Part shown: piece by piece, positions 25,170 to 34,815 of the stretch | Layout of the letters: each line of letters starts with the position of its first letter | Numbering within the stretch: position 1 is the stretch's first letter | Sequence record: JX560968 | DNA: 64,000 nucleotides | Source of the DNA: Escherichia phage EC6 | Direction: 5' to 3' (one strand) | The notes under the pieces: model-generated | Told to the model about the DNA's origin: nothing | The model's input: the letters and a program-made list of their open reading frames with translations, nothing else | The model's database searches: none | Translations under genes and position numbers: made by a program

Positions 25170-25382
25170 TCAGAGGTCAATACTAATACGTTCACCCTTA
25201 AGAACACCTGTGCGGTCTCTTGCAATCTTTCCGTCAATGATAATGATATGCGCAGACATTAAGGAATCACGATTAAAACCTTTTACGAACTTACTAGGCA
25301 TCACCACAATAAGCATCTCTTGAATCAACTCTGGAGTGTAGCAGTTGTTGTGAAGTTGCTGAATAACGTCTGAAAGTGTCAT
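25170..25382 (-). CDS. hypothetical protein
   Basis: 70-aa ORF. Confidence 0.3.
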   Translation of the reverse strand: MTLSDVIQQLHNNCYTPELIQEMLIVVMPSKFVKGFNRDSLMSAHIIIIDGKIARDRTGVLKGERISIDL

Positions 25383-25443
25383 ATAACCTCCTATATAAGA
25401 TATTGTATAAGGTACTCTTCCATGAGCACCTTGTCAATACTAA

Positions 25444-26000
25444 TTAGTGTACTTCAAGCCAGCTTTTACCAACCTTACCAGTACCTGTAACAAGCGTTTC
25501 TTTCTTAAGACCTAAGTTTTTAGAAGCTTGCCCATAATACCAGTCAGTAACTGCTTTCACTTCTGCCGTCATACTTTCTGGACATTCCCAACTCGTCTCG
25601 TCGTGATAGGAGCACAATAAACGAGCACCTATAGCTGGTTTGCGACCGTTCAACTTCATCAAACCTTCGTCAATCATACGACGGCAAGCAAGGTTAATTG
25701 CTTCATTCTGAACCTGCGCCTCACTACCCATTAGGGTATAGTTTAATAGTTTATGCGGTGATTTACACCATAACCACGCCCCAGCGACCTGAATGTACCC
25801 ACCCTTAGCGATTGCAGCACTCTTGCCGAAAACCTCTTCTAATGCCTTCTTAGTGGCCTTAAAATCGGCTTCTAAGTTATCAAGTAGTTTCTTAATCTTT
25901 GGTAGACGCATATAGTAGGTCTGCTTAGTTAATGCACCTTCCTCTGTAGAAGCTGCCTTAATGGTCTTGGCAAACTTCTCATCACCTGCACCGAACAATA
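25444..26000 (-). CDS. family A DNA polymerase, exon 2 (C-terminal part incl. motif C)
   Basis: Begins ..LFGAGDEKFAKTIKA (second half of Pol A motif B, cf. T7 ...YGAGDEK) and contains LLCSYHDETSWECP (motif C HDE); track ORF starts at TTG. Confidence 0.7.
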
Positions 26001-26805
26001 CATCTGGTCAATACACTCGCAAGGTGTACCAGTTCTCTTATGAACTTCTCCGCATTTCTACGGAGTGTCGGACTATATCACGCAGTAGTAATACTACCGT
26101 TGCACTTGGGAATGGTCATTAGCTTACCACCCTACTCTACTCAGTTCATACATTAAGTATGCTTTTCGATAGTCTCTGAACGTTTCTCTGTTAGGAACTC
26201 TAAAATACTATTATTTACTAAGGTATGCAATTGCTCTCTTCATGTTCTCTATACTATCTGAGAACAGCCCAAGACCTCTGTTACAGTTGTGACACAGCAT
26301 ACCTCTTACCTGTCCTGTTTTGTGGTCATGGTCAACAACCAGCTTGGCTTTATGTCTTGAACCATCCATGATAAAACCTTCACCACCGCAGATTTGACAC
26401 TTGTGACCACACTTACTTAGTAACTCTTCGACCTCTTCTCTTTCTAAGCCGTAAGTCCTTAAGTAATAGTTCTTTACCCTTCCCTTTTCTCCACAAGCAG
26501 AACTGCAATACGTCTGTCTTGCTGTTCTAGGTGTAAACTGGTTATTGCAGCTTGGACATATTTTCTCTATGACACGACTTGCTGCTCTTCTGTCTACTTC
26601 AAGAACGCAGTTTCTACAACGTTTTTGATTGTACTGATATGGCTTAAACTCTTCGCCACATCTGGAACAAACTCTTTCTTTATAACCTGCCATTGTCTCT
26701 CTCCCATTTCTACTATAGGAGTCCTAACAGAGACTTCGCTGCTGATTACCATATCTTTACAGACTTAGGCTTCCAGCAATTCACAACGTTTTACATGCGC
26801 CACTG
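26001..26805 (-). mobile_element. group I intron (about 805 nt) in DNA polymerase gene, carrying an HNH homing endonuclease ORF
   Basis: Exon 1 ends ...AUCUAUGCGU; intron starts CAGUG-GCGCAU (P1: exon AUGCGU pairs with GCGCAU, U-G at splice site); intron ends ...GACCAGAUG; 3' part has GACUAUCG, GUAGGGU, GAUAUAGUCC elements like T4 td-type introns; joined exons restore ...KAKNGIYA-LLFGAGDEK. Confidence 0.6.
26211..26693 (-). CDS. HNH homing endonuclease (endonuclease VII-like) inside the intron
   Basis: Cys-rich zinc-binding N-terminus and HNH core LVVDHDHKTGQVRGMLCHNCNRGLG. Confidence 0.7.
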   Translation of the reverse strand: MAGYKERVCSRCGEEFKPYQYNQKRCRNCVLEVDRRAASRVIEKICPSCNNQFTPRTARQTYCSSACGEKGRVKNYYLRTYGLEREEVEELLSKCGHKCQICGGEGFIMDGSRHKAKLVVDHDHKTGQVRGMLCHNCNRGLGLFSDSIENMKRAIAYLSK

Positions 26806-28948
26806 ACGCATAGATACCATTCTTAGCCTTCTTACGGCCTTTAGTTATCTCGTGAAGAAGTTCTTCATCCTGAGTTTCTCTACAACGAATAATGTCATCC
26901 TCTTTGTTCAATGCAAAGTAGATGCTGTTAAGCGTATGTGCATCAGTACCTGTATACACCTCATATAAGTCATTATCCATATCGTAACGACAATACTTGT
27001 CAGTCTCTGGATTGAGGTACTTGTCAAGATGTTTGCAGTAGTACCGTCCATCATCCTGTTTAGTGAACTCGACAAACTCTTTACCTTCAGTTACTGCTTT
27101 AGTGAACTCTTTATCACCCATAAAGTTACACAGTAAAACAAGCTGTGCAGAGTTCTGGTCAACTGAAACGATGTTAGTCCCTTCCTCACAAATCCACACC
27201 TCCCTCATAGGTGCTCCATAGACAGCAGCACCAGATGGTACGTTTACAATACCATACTGCGTCATACGTCCAGTTGAAGTACCAAACACCATTGCACCAG
27301 CACTAAGGCGACCATCTGGACGAATCTGGTTCAACCAACCTTTTTCATCATCCTTTGAGTTCTCAATAGTTCTGCGTCGGTGCATCAAAGTATAGTACTT
27401 AGCAATCTTCTGTCCAAGTTCACCTTCAATCGTATCATAAGATGATTCAGTAAGTTTTGGTGAAGTACGGATTAAGCAAGGCTCAAGCAAATCTGTGTAC
27501 TTCTTCACAGACCAGTTATGCTCAATGTACTGTACACCTTCATGTTCAACATAACTCAAACCACACCGCTCAACCATTTCCTGCCACTTAGGATGCTTTG
27601 TAATCATCTTTTTATTGTCTTTGAAACGACAAACTTTGACAGGGTGACCATCTGAGTCTTTCTTGTAGTTCCAGTCATCTGGAATCCAACCAACTGATTT
27701 CAAGTAGTCTTTAACAACTGCTACCTGAGTCATACGAGAAACTTCAAACTCAATTGGTGTATATGGTGCATCAATCAAACCTGTGTAGCGACTTGACTCA
27801 AGTTCAAAGTGGTTAACAACGTGGCTGTTATAGTACTTCACAGTTTTGACTGTTTTTACTGGCTTCCAGTCTTTGCATTTCTTACCAATCTTTGCATTCA
27901 ACTCATTGCAAATTGCACGAGCATCCTTCATTGCTACAAAGCCTTCCTTGTACTCTTCACCAGTTACAGAGTTGGTTGGTGTATAGCAATTTCTCTTTTC
28001 AATGTTAAAAATCTTTGTAGTTGGCTTACCAAATGGCTTGATTTCGTATGTCTGCATCTCACCGTTACGTACCTGCTGACGATACTTTGTCTTAGGATAC
28101 TTGGTAATCCTCTTCAGTCCATCTGCATGACCAAATGTTTCAACATACTCATTCCAAGCTTTTGCAAACTCTTCTCCAGTGACTTTACCTTTGGTCTTAA
28201 TAGTTGGAGGAAGATGTGGTTCAACCTCTGAAGCAAGCTCATTAGTCAACTTGTCAAGTTCCTTTACATGGAACTCCATAAGCTCTTTATCAGCTTTCCA
28301 ACCATTGATAGCTTGTTGACTCATCCAGAAAGATGTTTCTTTAGCTCGCATGTAAGTTTCATAAGTGTCTATACCACACTTCTTAAGCTTGAGATACTCG
28401 TTATCAAGTGCCCGTTTAGTTTTGGCGTTAATACGGATATCTTCTACAACACGAGTGAAGATTTCTGCATTCCACACACCCCAATGTTCAATCTCTGGTT
28501 TACGAACACCAACACGAGCACCCCATGCAGCCAAACCATGAGCACCTTTATAACCCTTTGGAGTTGGTCTATCCATCCACTGAACACGAGACTGGATAAG
28601 AGAATCCTGAAAGAAATTACTCCACGGTTTACACTTTGGATTATCAAAGTTCCATAAATCAGGTGCAATGTGATTGAAAACCCACCAGTCATAACCGAGA
28701 CCGTTGTGGATGCAAAGACGTTTTGCCTTTAACGCAAACTCAATACCTTCACGTAAGCCACCCTTGATGTACTTGGTATACTTGTGACCGAGGATAGGCT
28801 CATCTGTAAAGACCCATACAGGTGGCTCTTCATCATCAGATTTATAGTCTGCGAAAGCCATTACGTGCACTTTAGTGAACTCAAGGAGTAAACCATCAGT
28901 TTCTGTATCACCAACTAAATGTAAGTTTTTAAAATCTACGTTTTCCAT
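26806..28948 (-). CDS. family A DNA polymerase, exon 1 (3'-5' exonuclease and N-terminal polymerase domains)
   Basis: Exo motif LVGDTETDGL (cf. Pol I DTETDSL); ends ...GRKKAKNGIYA (first half of motif B); likely start is ATG at 28948 (GAGGGAG RBS) rather than track start 28978. Confidence 0.75.
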
Positions 28949-28978
28949 TTTTACTCCCTCTAAAATCATTAACCTCAT

Positions 28979-29205
28979 ACATTACTGCAAAAAATTATAA
29001 AAAGCAAGTTGACAATGCACTTGACAAGGTGTTAATCTTTGCGAAGTGGGTTTTTACTTAAAAGGTTACTTAACAGTTTAACTATACAGATACTTTAAAA
29101 CTCTTAAAAGATTATTTAATAGCTTTTAAAAAGCTTTAAAGTATAACGTATAGAATACGTTAAGATAAAAGATTAAAACTTAATAGTTACTTAAAAGAGG
29201 CTTAC
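28979..29205. promoter_or_regulatory. AT-rich divergent control region between minus-strand DNA polymerase and plus-strand gene block
   Basis: Tandem TTGACA elements at 29028-29033 and 29040-29045; palindromes AGCTTTTAAAAAGCT (29121-29135) and TAACGTA-N5-TACGTTA (29144-29162). Confidence 0.35.
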
Positions 29206-29628
29206 ATGCAGAAAATGTTTGCTCACCCAGACATAGCTGACTTTGTTAGAGCTTTGCAGAAGTTGGAAGAACTTGACATTGCTGCTCAACGGGAATATGC
29301 TCACCATCACAGGAGAATGGTTGATATACAACATGAAATAGAGTTGTCTGAAAACTATGAAGATGACTTAAAATGCTCTGTATTTGAGCATATGAAAGAT
29401 GTTGCTACAGCGAGACGCAAAGCTAAAGACACAGTTGCTTTACTAGATTCTCTTAAAAAGAGGTTGCAAAGTGGTACAGACCTGTGTAATCTAGCGTCAC
29501 TGATTAACGATGTTGAAACTTCTTGGGATAGGCACTATTATCCACGTTCTGAAAAGACACTTGACTTTTCTTCATCCGAAAACTTAAAATGTTCTAGAAA
29601 GAAACTTAACCAACTGAGAGAGAAATAA
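29206..29628 (+). CDS. hypothetical protein
   Basis: 140-aa ORF, first gene of plus-strand block. Confidence 0.35.
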   Translation: MQKMFAHPDIADFVRALQKLEELDIAAQREYAHHHRRMVDIQHEIELSENYEDDLKCSVFEHMKDVATARRKAKDTVALLDSLKKRLQSGTDLCNLASLINDVETSWDRHYYPRSEKTLDFSSSENLKCSRKKLNQLREK

Positions 29629-29629
29629 T

Positions 29630-29893
29630 ATGAATATCGATGTAGAAAAGATGCTTGAAGAGAAAGGTGTTGATGAAGCATTCTTAATCAATGCCGTAGA
29701 AAGCATGGCTATGATTCTTCGTGGTAATAACTACACAGAACAGTTTATGCCTGCAAGCTATAACTTGCCTGAAGACAAGTCTGATAACGGTGCTTTTGCA
29801 GAACAGGTTAATATGATGTTGACAGACACTACACTTGCTCTGGCATCTATTGCGGTTGGTGTTGATGCACTTGCTGAGTTCAGTTTTTTATGA
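29630..29893 (+). CDS. hypothetical protein
   Basis: 87-aa ORF. Confidence 0.3.
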   Translation: MNIDVEKMLEEKGVDEAFLINAVESMAMILRGNNYTEQFMPASYNLPEDKSDNGAFAEQVNMMLTDTTLALASIAVGVDALAEFSFL

Positions 29894-29894
29894 A

Positions 29895-30440
29895 ATGCAA
29901 AAGAATGACTATATCAGGATGTCAGACGAAGATAAGGAACTGTTGCTGACTAAGGACACTGATTTCATTATTGATACACTTATCTCATCAACAAGTGCTG
30001 TTATGGCTGTTCTTGAGAAGCGTATGGAAGAGAAACTTTCACGATATGAAAAACTTGATTGGGGCGTAGAAGAATTAAACCCACGAATCAAAGAGATTAT
30101 CCAGCAAACTAAAGAGTCTTTGGAAGAAGCTGTTGAAAATGACTCTGTAGCTGACATTGAACCACTTCAGGTGAAAGTTGCACTGATGATTCCAGCTATC
30201 TCTACGATGATGAATATCGTTGCACTAATCCAACTGTCACAGATGATGGGTGTGAGTATTGAGTTCATTGAGGAAATGACTGGTGGCGTTAGTATGCAAG
30301 CAATCAATGATGTTTTGGTGAACATTGGTGCTTCAATCATTGAAGAGAAACTACGCATTAACTTCGGTGATGATTTTGTGAAGCAAATCTCAGCTATGGC
30401 TGAAAAGAGTCTGCTGAGCAACTGCACTAAGTCTTTATAA
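29895..30440 (+). CDS. hypothetical protein
   Basis: ATG at 29895 overlaps upstream stop (ATGA-type coupling); track ORF 29835 starts further upstream. Confidence 0.3.
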   Translation: MQKNDYIRMSDEDKELLLTKDTDFIIDTLISSTSAVMAVLEKRMEEKLSRYEKLDWGVEELNPRIKEIIQQTKESLEEAVENDSVADIEPLQVKVALMIPAISTMMNIVALIQLSQMMGVSIEFIEEMTGGVSMQAINDVLVNIGASIIEEKLRINFGDDFVKQISAMAEKSLLSNCTKSL

Positions 30441-30447
30441 ATCTTAC

Positions 30448-30473
30448 AAGCCTCCTTAGTTGGGGGCTTTTTA
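30448..30473 (+). terminator. rho-independent terminator
   Basis: AAGCCTCC-TTAGTT-GGGGGCTT hairpin then TTTTT. Confidence 0.5.
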
Positions 30474-30491
30474 GTAATTAAGGGAGATAAA

Positions 30492-31235
30492 ATGAGTAAT
30501 ATTATCGCATTTACTGGAAAGGCACGTTCTGGAAAAGACACCTCATGTTCTATTGTGAAGAACATCTTAGAGGATGAGTATGGCTACAATGTTGCTGTAA
30601 TGGCCTTTGCAGACAACCTTAAACTATCTGCATCAAAGATATTTGACTTGACTTGGAATGACCTGTACGGTGAAACTAAAGAGACTCCACAGGTATTTGA
30701 CTTATCATATTATGAACTGATGTTTAAAGTTACGGAAGCTATGGAGTTCACCTTCAGAGATGAACGTTATCATATGGACTTCAAGCTTATGTCAGAGTTA
30801 ACCGGACGATTAATCATGGAGCTTAAGAAGGTTGCTAAACCTACCATACTAACACGTCTGGGATTTAGTAAAAAGTATAAATTCTCATCAAGACAAATTC
30901 AACAAATTTGGGGTACTGAAGTTGTCCGTAAGGTAATGGGCGACAAGTTCTGGTCTAAAGACCTTGAAAAAAGAATGGTTAGATTCCATGAAATGTGCTC
31001 ACTTAGAAATCAGTATGGTTTTGTCTTAATCAGTGATTTAAGATTTGACTCTGAAGCTGAATGGCTGAGTAGATTTGCACACCAAACTATTGAAGTAAAA
31101 AGAGACAATGTGGACAAAGTTTCATCACATGTTTCAGAAAATGGGATTTCTACAAAATATGAGCGTGACATTATTCATAATAATGGTACTCTTGCAGACC
31201 TTGAGAACAAGCTAAGAGCCATCATTAAAGTTTAA
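30492..31235 (+). CDS. deoxynucleoside monophosphate kinase (T4 gp1-like)
   Basis: N-terminal Walker A IIAFTGKARSGKDT closely resembling T4 gp1; 247 aa. Confidence 0.6.
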   Translation: MSNIIAFTGKARSGKDTSCSIVKNILEDEYGYNVAVMAFADNLKLSASKIFDLTWNDLYGETKETPQVFDLSYYELMFKVTEAMEFTFRDERYHMDFKLMSELTGRLIMELKKVAKPTILTRLGFSKKYKFSSRQIQQIWGTEVVRKVMGDKFWSKDLEKRMVRFHEMCSLRNQYGFVLISDLRFDSEAEWLSRFAHQTIEVKRDNVDKVSSHVSENGISTKYERDIIHNNGTLADLENKLRAIIKV

Positions 31236-31243
31236 AAGAGAGA

Positions 31244-31444
31244 ATGAAGATGAGAGTAAAAGACAATTTTAAAGTTATTGACCACCGTTTAGTGGAACTC
31301 TCATCTCTTTCCAATGAGGTAATGATTGAACGTCTTAAGAGAGTTGAATCACGAAGGAAAGAGATTGCAGATGAAATTCATGAACTGGACAAGATTGAAA
31401 ATGGATTGAAGGCAGAACTACAACGAAGAGGTGCTAATGTCTAA
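31244..31444 (+). CDS. hypothetical coiled-coil protein
   Basis: 66-aa ORF. Confidence 0.3.
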   Translation: MKMRVKDNFKVIDHRLVELSSLSNEVMIERLKRVESRRKEIADEIHELDKIENGLKAELQRRGANV

Positions 31445-33422
31445 AGGTCGTAAATTGAAAGAGGCTGGTCAGTTTGTTGGTCATTGCGCATGTCCACGTT
31501 GTGGTTCATCAGATGCTGGTTCAATCTACCATCATGACGATGATTCTTATTCAATGACTTGCTTTAGCTGTAACAAAGGTTTCCCAGAGTGGGATTTTGA
31601 TAAAGGACAAATCGTGAGCACTTATTCTACTGGTTCAGATAATAAAAACCGTACTTTTCGTGGAATGGATTTAGACGATGTAAAAGAAAACCTAGAAGCG
31701 ATGGACTTGAAAGACAGGAAGATTCCTGCAAAAGTTCTTGAGCGTTTGGGTATTAAGGTTGACATTGACAGTGATGGTGAAATTGACGCGCATTTCTACC
31801 CAACTTACAAACGCAATGAAGATGGCAAGCTAGAGCATGTTGGCTACCGTGTTCGTCACCGTTACCCAGAAGACCATCCAAAAGAGCACCTACGAGGTAA
31901 GTTAAAAGACTTTTCTGGTGGTGTTGGAGACATTAAAGGTGAACTGGCAATGTTCGGTTCATGGATTGCTCCAGAAGGTGGTAACCGTCTATTCATCTGG
32001 GAAGGTGAGATGGAATGTGCGACAGCAATCTATATGACTTCTCTTGCGATTAAGGACAAATCTCGTCGTAAGAATTACTGTCATGTATCTGTTCCGTCAG
32101 GTGCAAACATCAAGTCTATCAAAGATAACTATCAGTACATCACATCATTTGATGAAATTTACTTGTGCTTTGATAACGATGAAGCAGGTGCTAAAGCTAC
32201 CAAAGAGGCTGCTGGTATCTTACCTATTGAGAAAGTTCGTTTATTCCAGTATCCAGAGGGTGTAAAAGACCTTAACGAATGGTGGACAAAGTTCTATAAA
32301 GAGAAAGACACAGTTCTGGAAGGATTTAAGCAGCGTATCTACAACGCACCTCGTTATTGCCCTGCTGGTATCAAGAACTTTGCAGATGGTTTTGAGGCAA
32401 TGAAGAACCGTGGTCAGATTCCATTGATTCCTTTCCCAGAATCTTTCGGGGATTTGAACAGACTGACTTATGGTGGTTACGGTTTAGGCGAGATTACGAC
32501 TATCGCAGCACCATCTTCAGTAGGTAAGTCAGCTTACACTCGTGAGATGATTTATTCAGCTTGGAAAGAAACTGATTATAATATCGGTGTAATTCCTGTA
32601 GAAGATACCTATGAAGAGTTGATGGAGATGCTCTGTGCAATCCACCTAAGCAAGCAGATTTCTGAGATTCCTTATGACGAACGTGATTGGGATGAATTGA
32701 AGGAAGCACACGCAGAGCTATCTAAAGGTCGTCGTATCCATATCGTTGACCATCAAGGGGCAATTGACCAAGATAACCTGCTGGAGTTTGTTGACTATCT
32801 TGTTAATAGCTTAGACTGTAAGATTATTATTCTTGACCCTATTACGTTGGCTCTGTCACGTTCTGATACGGATGAAGAGGAAGTTTTGTCTGAGCTATTG
32901 CGTCGTTGCAAACGCTACCAGTATGCGCAGGTAAACGTATGTCACGTTCGTAAGAGTGCAGGTGGTCAGAAAGCCAACTCTGAAGGTGGAGATATCTCTG
33001 AAGAGGATATTAAGGGTTCTGGTGCATACTTCCAGATTTCTATGAACAACATTCTGTTAATGCGTAACAAGGTTGACCCAGACCCTGTTAAGAAAAACTT
33101 GACAAAAATCAAGTTAACTAAGTGTCGTCGTCATGGTAAGTCAACAGGTATTGCTGGCCATACTTGGTACAATCCAGATACAGGACGTCTCATCAAAGCT
33201 TCTGGATGTGGTGTTGACATTGATGGTGCAGCAGAAAATATTCGGCAACAGTTTGGTATTGGTGAAGCTGAAGACCATTACGATGACTCTTTACCTCATT
33301 ATGAGGATGAAGTGTTTGACCGTGAGACTGGTGAAGTCTATACTGAAGAACAGCGTCAAAGCTCAACGATTCCACCTGTATTAATTGAGGATGCAGATGA
33401 CTGCCCGTTTGAAACTGAGTGA
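31437..33422 (+). CDS. DNA primase-helicase (T7 gp4-like)
   Basis: Zinc-ribbon CPRCGSSD...CFSCN; TOPRIM FIWEGEMECA and LCFDNDEAG; helicase Walker A APSSVGKSAYT; start taken at ATG 31437. Confidence 0.7.
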   Translation: MSKGRKLKEAGQFVGHCACPRCGSSDAGSIYHHDDDSYSMTCFSCNKGFPEWDFDKGQIVSTYSTGSDNKNRTFRGMDLDDVKENLEAMDLKDRKIPAKVLERLGIKVDIDSDGEIDAHFYPTYKRNEDGKLEHVGYRVRHRYPEDHPKEHLRGKLKDFSGGVGDIKGELAMFGSWIAPEGGNRLFIWEGEMECATAIYMTSLAIKDKSRRKNYCHVSVPSGANIKSIKDNYQYITSFDEIYLCFDNDEAGAKATKEAAGILPIEKVRLFQYPEGVKDLNEWWTKFYKEKDTVLEGFKQRIYNAPRYCPAGIKNFADGFEAMKNRGQIPLIPFPESFGDLNRLTYGGYGLGEITTIAAPSSVGKSAYTREMIYSAWKETDYNIGVIPVEDTYEELMEMLCAIHLSKQISEIPYDERDWDELKEAHAELSKGRRIHIVDHQGAIDQDNLLEFVDYLVNSLDCKIIILDPITLALSRSDTDEEEVLSELLRRCKRYQYAQVNVCHVRKSAGGQKANSEGGDISEEDIKGSGAYFQISMNNILLMRNKVDPDPVKKNLTKIKLTKCRRHGKSTGIAGHTWYNPDTGRLIKASGCGVDIDGAAENIRQQFGIGEAEDHYDDSLPHYEDEVFDRETGEVYTEEQRQSSTIPPVLIEDADDCPFETE

Positions 33423-33491
33423 TAGTTATAAAAGAGAGGGGTTCATACCCTTCTTTGAAGAAAAAGTTTAAATGAATTTCAGGAAGAGTGT

Positions 33492-33520
33492 TTGACAAAG
33501 GTTGATAGGTTCTATAGAAT
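33492..33520 (+). promoter_or_regulatory. sigma70-like promoter TTGACA-N17-TAGAAT
   Basis: TTGACA 33492-33497, TAGAAT 33515-33520. Confidence 0.5.
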
Positions 33521-33673
33521 GCTCTACATGAAATGTGATGGAGGCGTTGAGGTAGAAGAAAAGTTCCATCACAGTATAATAACAGTCACTATTACTATAC
33601 CTCGACATAATATTGGTTGGCTGTTTATAATTAAAGAAAATGTGTTTGAATATCAAGTATATCGGAGAATATC

Positions 33674-33823
33674 ATGAAACACTCTAAAGCATTTGAAAAA
33701 GTTTTTGGGGATTCCTTAAAAGCCACTGCTGGTAAACCAGCAAAATACTATGAAGAGAAGCGTGTAAGAACTGGAAAAACTGCACGTAAAGCAGCTTCTA
33801 AAGATAAGCACAACTTCCAGTAA
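33674..33823 (+). CDS. small basic protein (49 aa), not in ORF track
   Basis: ATG with GGAG RBS 9 nt upstream; MKHSKAFEKVFGDSLKATAGKPAKYYEEKRVRTGKTARKAASKDKHNFQ. Confidence 0.3.
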   Translation: MKHSKAFEKVFGDSLKATAGKPAKYYEEKRVRTGKTARKAASKDKHNFQ

Positions 33824-33830
33824 TTAATGT

Positions 33831-33859
33831 TTGACAATAGAGTATCAACAAATTAGAAT
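33831..33859 (+). promoter_or_regulatory. sigma70-like promoter TTGACA-N17-TAGAAT
   Basis: TTGACA 33831-33836, TAGAAT 33854-33859, upstream of 33896 gene. Confidence 0.55.
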
Positions 33860-33895
33860 TGGTACTCTTCATAAATTGAGATAGAGGTTTAAATA

Positions 33896-34753
33896 ATGTC
33901 TAAAGTTGTTAAAATGAAAGCTCCGGTAGAGAAGTACAATGGTACTGAGCGTCAAACTCTGCGTTACCTGTTGAAAGATGTTTGGTTTTATTACCTGAAC
34001 ACTTCACCACGTCCGGCAAAAGGTAAATCCATTGATAAGAAATTCCCAGGAAAAGATTGTAACTACAGTGTTTCAATTCTGGCAGAAGATGGTAACAAAC
34101 TATTTAAAGAGTTTACTAAGTCTAAGAAAAACCCAGAAGGTTGGGATAAAGTTACTACTGAAGCAGTTGATGCAGATGACTTCGAAGAGAAGTTTGGTTG
34201 CAAACCACCATTTGAAGCAGACACTTACCACATCTTGAAAGTAAGTCGTGCAGCAGCTTATAAAGATGGTGCTGTGTGGACAGCTAAACAGTCATTCCCT
34301 GTGATGCTGATTGAAGAAGTAAATGGTAAGCGTGTAGCTGTTAAACAGCCGATGAAGAAAATCAAAGCTCAAGCATCTGACAAACATGAAGATGACAAGA
34401 ACTATGATGTAATTCATCCAGATATTGCAGTTGGTAACGGTTCTTTTGGTAGTGTGATTCTTTCTACTCACTTCTACACTTTTGAGAACAATGTTCTGAC
34501 AAAACCTATTCAGGAACAGTTTATCATTGATACTCTTGTACCTTACACTGGTGGTAACGGTGCTAATGGCGAACCTGAACTGGATGAAGACGAACTGGCT
34601 ATGCTTGGTCTTGATGGTGTTGAAGATAACGGTGAAATCACTGAAGAAGACGCAAAAGACCACAAACCTTCGAATGATTCTGATGATGGTGACGATGAAG
34701 ACTTGCCAGACCCAGATGACGAAGAAGATGAAGACTTCGATACAGAAGACTAA
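33896..34753 (+). CDS. single-stranded DNA-binding protein (putative; acidic C-terminal tail)
   Basis: 285 aa; C-terminus DDGDDEDLPDPDDEEDEDFDTED typical of phage SSBs; strong promoter and RBS; among replication genes. Confidence 0.4.
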   Translation: MSKVVKMKAPVEKYNGTERQTLRYLLKDVWFYYLNTSPRPAKGKSIDKKFPGKDCNYSVSILAEDGNKLFKEFTKSKKNPEGWDKVTTEAVDADDFEEKFGCKPPFEADTYHILKVSRAAAYKDGAVWTAKQSFPVMLIEEVNGKRVAVKQPMKKIKAQASDKHEDDKNYDVIHPDIAVGNGSFGSVILSTHFYTFENNVLTKPIQEQFIIDTLVPYTGGNGANGEPELDEDELAMLGLDGVEDNGEITEEDAKDHKPSNDSDDGDDEDLPDPDDEEDEDFDTED

Positions 34754-34770
34754 TCTCTAAAAGTTACTTT

Positions 34771-34800
34771 AAAGCCCTGTACTTAGTATGGGGCTTTTTC
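34771..34800 (+). terminator. rho-independent terminator
   Basis: AAAGCCC...GGGGCTTT hairpin then TTTTC. Confidence 0.5.
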
Positions 34801-34815
34801 ATATGGAGAGTCACA

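Noticed and set aside
25444-28978. DNA polymerase interruption considered as an intein or as two independent polymerase subunit genes
   Set aside because: The intervening ORF is in a different frame with stops on both sides and the flanks show group I intron features, so nucleic-acid-level splicing fits better; a split-subunit polymerase is not formally excluded
33492-33677. Track ORF of 61 aa starting at TTG inside the promoter -35 element
   Set aside because: Start codon coincides with TTGACA of a promoter and has no RBS; more likely 5' leader of the small ORF 33674..33823
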